The notes beneath the pieces are model-generated. The model searched no databases and was not told the DNA's origin. It saw only the letters and a list, made by a program, of their open reading frames with translations. From Squalus acanthias (taxonomy: Eukaryota), in the NCBI GenBank assembly GCA_030390025.1, contig CM059431.1, positions 120,096,001-120,160,000 on the forward strand: a stretch of DNA of 64,000 nucleotides. The letters run 5' to 3'. The position numbers were made by a program, and so were the translations under genes. Positions 60,173 to 64,000 of the stretch are shown here, piece after piece (the first letter of the stretch is position 1; the number at the start of each line of letters is the position of its first letter).

Positions 60173-61985
60173 TGTAAGTGGTTTTCTCGGACGCACCGAA
60201 AACACACCTCTTACTGCAAGTTCTGGACGATAGGGATTATAAGGACAGATCAGACTCGGACACCCATTTGAGCTCAACCGTATTGTGTTTAATAGGATTA
60301 ACAATAACACTCCTAACAGTACAAAACAATACAACCCTGGCTTGTCCAACAAGCCATACTGTGCTAAATTATGTAGAATTCGCAATATATCGCGATTTTA
60401 TAAATAAGGAGAAAAACACATAGTTTCGTTCAAACAGCTTTTATTTCAGCAGAATGCTGTCAGGTTTTCAAAGTGGACACAAGCAGCTTGTAAAATGGCC
60501 GCCGCACCTTGTGGCAGAACAGTCTAGACTTTTCAACAGGCAGACAAGATGGCGTTCCAGTAAACATTTGTGCAAGATCGATTAGGACTCAGCACATTTA
60601 AGATAATACACGAGACATCATGGTTTCACAGTATACACATAAATACTGAAATCGGTCTCCCAGGTGCGAATGAGGGCTGTTGTACCAAGTAATCAAGAAC
60701 CCATCCAAAGACATTAATATGTAAAATCCCAACGACTCTACGATGAGAGAGCCGTTAGCGGGTAGTTACAGAAAACACTTGGAAGCCCCAAAACCCCTCC
60801 AGGGAGAACACCGACCGATTAAACAATGGGAGAAATATTAACAGGTACTCAGACAGTTACGAGTAGCCCCGAAACCCATTAAAACGAAGATCACCCTATA
60901 CAAGACATTTGAGCGCCAAACCCTAACAAAAGAAAAGACATTAAGGTTGGGCGGGAAACGGAAGATTTTGCACTATAATTGCAAGCTCCAAACCGTCCAT
61001 CTTTCTCTTGACTCTTGACTCTTATTCGGTTGACTCTTATCCTCGTGGCTGCTCCTGTGCTCTTGACTCGCCGTCTTGTTCCTGCTTGCCTCGTGTCTCT
61101 TTTCAAAAGACTGTTGAACTTTACGATCCGCTCGAATCTACCTCGTGTCGTGTCGCGAAGACCTGTGTAGAACTGGGCTCTGAAGCCTTGAAACGGGCGC
61201 ACCATTCCGATAAGTCGGTCAACGGTGTTGGAACCAAAGGCCCGAAATGAGATGAGATGAGATGAGATGAGATGAGAAGAGAAGACAGCAATACATCTCG
61301 TCACGGTCAGTAAACCCCGACCGCGCCCGAAATAAGTGAACTTTGTAGGTTTTGATCGGGAATCCAAGGTCAGCACCGATCTTCATGACAGCAGACGTTC
61401 CAGCCTGCTAGCCGGAGCAGAAACGAGTAAACAAGTGGGGCCAGGAGACCCCCTGATCGACACGTGGGCGCTGCGGTGAAAAACATCCGATCAGAGTTTT
61501 CGGAATTCTCCGAGTTATCACGAGTGGTGAGCATGAGTCTCGAATCCTACGAATCTAGCTTAGGACAGATATTGATAGGGGAGGGTTTTTAGTATTAAGG
61601 ATAATTGTAATGTGTGCCCCCATTTACGATGTGTCGTTCGTTCCTCGTTTCCCCGAAATTAGTTACATAACTGCGTGTAAGATTGTACTGTCATTAATCT
61701 GTGCTTATGACATGTATTTCGTAATCTTAAGTACTGTGCAATAAAGATTTTCCATTTTGTACCATTCAACCGAGTCTACCTGAGTTTCATCTCCATTACT
61801 GCTCTCGCATCTAAGTCCAGTGTCTAGAACCGTAAGGGCGAGTGGGTCGAACCACTCACAGGTGTGTCTAGTGCTCCCAGACTGGCTGGAGACCAGAACA
61901 GGCAACAAGGCCTAAACCGGCACTAGCACCCGGGCTGCACAGAGCCACACGAATCTCACAGGCTGAGAGACAAAAAACCCTTACA
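60173..61985 (+). mobile_element. 5' LTR (~1.81 kb) of an LTR retroelement
   Basis: TGTAAG...CTTACA inverted termini; AATAAA at 61740; followed after 5 nt by a PBS; homologous solo LTR at 48477-50140. Confidence 0.88.
61248..61275. repeat. (TGAGA)n microsatellite inside the LTR
   Basis: About five consecutive TGAGA units. Confidence 0.9.
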
Positions 61986-61989
61986 GAAA

Positions 61990-63795
61990 ATGGCGACCGC
62001 GGCAGGACACTGGCAGCGAGAGGGTAGTGTGTTAGATTTTGGTGTGAATGTACGAAATGTTATGCAGGAAAAGATAGCAGATTATGTGTTCAGAAAGGTA
62101 AATCTAACTAAGAAATGGATAAGTGACCTGTTAGCGGATAAGAGTCCACTAGAGGCAGCCGAGAGGTGGACAGATAGTAAGGAACATAAAAAGACAGTCG
62201 AGAAAGCAGTCTGGTTAATGTGTTACAAAAGGCAGGTCCAGATTTCAAACCAGGTCATTACAGCGCAAACAGCTCGGATCAGGCATTTGGAGGAGGAAAT
62301 GGATGAGAAAGTCTCTGGAGGGGAGTTGCTCATCAGGAATTTAAGTGCGCTGCACCGAGAACGCCAGGAAATCACCAGTCACCACAAAGCAAAAATAGAT
62401 TACCTCGAGTGTCAGGTCACTGAGGCAAAGTTAAGTGAGGGCAGACTAAAGGAATGATGTGCCCGCCAAGCTGCCCAAATAAGAGCCCAGGAAGAGAGCT
62501 TAACGGGGGTTAGGGCGGCATATAAGATGGCCCTTGAGGATAAATTTCAGGGGGCCGATCATAGCGCCTGCCAAAAGGAGATAGAGCACCTTAAAAGGGC
62601 CGTGAACAAAGCGCACGGCATGGTGTGCCTTATCAGTCCGTCAGCACACCAGCCGCTAGTAGATGAGGAGTTTCAGAAATTCCCACCAAGTAAAGCAAAG
62701 GAAGTATTAGCCACTACGCCCTCCGCGCCACCCAGCTATTCGGAAACCTGGGTAAGGGAGGAAGTAGTAGAAGAAACGAAAGAGCCCACTGAGGGAGAAG
62801 TGGAAAAGGGACCGTTGTGTCCAGTTACGGGTATAAAAAGGGGCCCAAACGGGAACGGTGGGGAACCAGGGGATCTCCTGAACCAGCTTGTGTTGCCTCA
62901 CAGCTCACACCAGCTGAGAGTTATGATAAATCACGTACGGAAGCTGACCGAGTCAGACGACCCTTCCGTACATTTCAGAGAAGTTGAGCAAACCGCAGCC
63001 ATTAACGGCTGCGATGATGGGGAAACAGCAAAAATGCTGTTATTTTCGTTAGGCAGTTCAATCCTTCAGTGTCTCTCGGACGAGAGCAAGAGGGGAACCA
63101 AGACATATGAGGCATTAAAAAATGAGGTCCTAGAAGTGTTGGGGACGGACGATGAAGGTCCGTTTCCTAGAGTGGGACAGACAGTGCAGATGGAGGGAGA
63201 ACCCCCGAAGGTTTTTGCCGACAGGCTGTGGCCAGTATATCAGCGCAGCTGTCCAGGTGCGCCAGAGCGCGACGCTGTGGACGGCGTCGGTTTAACTCAT
63301 TGGCTCAGGTGTATAGTAGCCAACAGTTTGCCAGCCGTCAGAGAGCAGGCAAAAGCGTGGTTTGATCCCACTGACCCCAACATTACGGAAGAGTCGGTCT
63401 TAAATCGACTCACGGTAGGATACCGCAATATAAGGGGTATGGGAACACGTCCCCTTAAGGGAAAAGTACATGAGGTACGACCCGCAGCCCCGGCTCAAAG
63501 GGAGTGGCATCAGGAGGGTAACCGCGCCCCGCAGGCAAGTAATGCTTGTTACGGGTGTGGGAGGACAGGGCACTGGCGCAAGAACTGCAGGAACCCTTGG
63601 AAGGATTCCAGGGATAAAAATCCCGCAGCCCGAGCCCAGATGCCTGTCTCGGTTAGGGAAGCTAGTGCACCCACCCGTCCCGACGACCTCGAAACAGTGT
63701 TGGGAGCCATGCGCAACTTCATGAGTGCACATGGAAAAGTGGCGGTTGCTACCGGCCCCGTAGGTGCCGCAGGCCCGTCTAACCATACCCAATGA
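61990..63795 (+). pseudogene. gag: gag with CCHC zinc knuckle; one premature TGA at 62455-62457
   Basis: ORFs 61990-62457 and 62527-63795 are in the same frame; coiled-coil-like N-region, PSAPPSY late-domain-like motif, capsid-like QMEGEPPKVFADRL, CYGCGRTGHWRKNC. Confidence 0.85.
61991..62008 (+). promoter_or_regulatory. Primer-binding site, tRNA-Arg(TCG)
   Basis: TGGCGACCGCGGCAGGAC is the complement of the 3' end I recall for vertebrate tRNA-Arg-TCG (GTCCTGCCGCGGTCG-CCA); located directly after the LTR. Confidence 0.85.
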
Positions 63796-64000
63796 CTAGA
63801 GCCCACGCAGCCTGCCTACCTGTGTCCTTTTAAAAGACACGCACAGGAGGGCGTCGCCGGTGAGGAGGCCAGGTTAAAAGAGCAGGCCTTGCGGGAGGAG
63901 AACGCCCGCTTAATAGGGAAAATAGATGGGCTGGAAGGGCAGCTTAGAGAGCAGGCCCTGCGGGAGGAGAACGGCCGCTTAATGGGAAAGTTAGACGTGC
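63796..64000 (+). CDS. In-frame open continuation after the gag stop (putative readthrough product), partial
   Basis: 68 codons without a stop up to the window end, directly after TGA-CTAG. Confidence 0.55.

Noticed and set aside
61820..61930. Complete LTR-encoded suppressor tRNA on the antisense strand
   Set aside because: Only a T-arm-like hairpin is present; I could not form an acceptor stem, D arm or anticodon arm.
62455..62457. Second programmed readthrough inside gag
   Set aside because: The context TGA-TGT is not a known readthrough motif; a point mutation such as CGA>TGA is simpler.

Overview
A transposable-element-dominated stretch of a vertebrate genome, most likely a cartilaginous fish (inferred from an HE1/V-SINE-type SINE and the CR1, Penelope and Harbinger families present). 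I could not recognise any host gene. It contains: (1) the 3' part of a disabled Ty3/Gypsy element (RT-RNaseH-IN, PPT, 234-bp LTR); (2) many CR1 LINEs, two of them near full length, plus L2 fragments; (3) several PIF/Harbinger two-gene transposons (HARBI1-type DDE transposase plus a spliced Myb/SANT gene) and their MITEs; (4) Penelope-like elements with fold-back structure and minimal hammerhead ribozyme motifs; (5) a 20-kb nest of insertions six layers deep (34.5-54.6 kb). The most notable feature is an LTR retroelement at the right end. It has a ~1.8-kb LTR, an 18-nt tRNA-Arg primer-binding site and a CCHC gag. The gag ends in a UGA-CUAG readthrough context followed by an open, coiled-coil-like repeat frame. 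A divergent solo LTR of the same lineage lies at 48.5-50.1 kb and shows which cis-elements are conserved. Coordinates were read by eye and may be off by a few bases.
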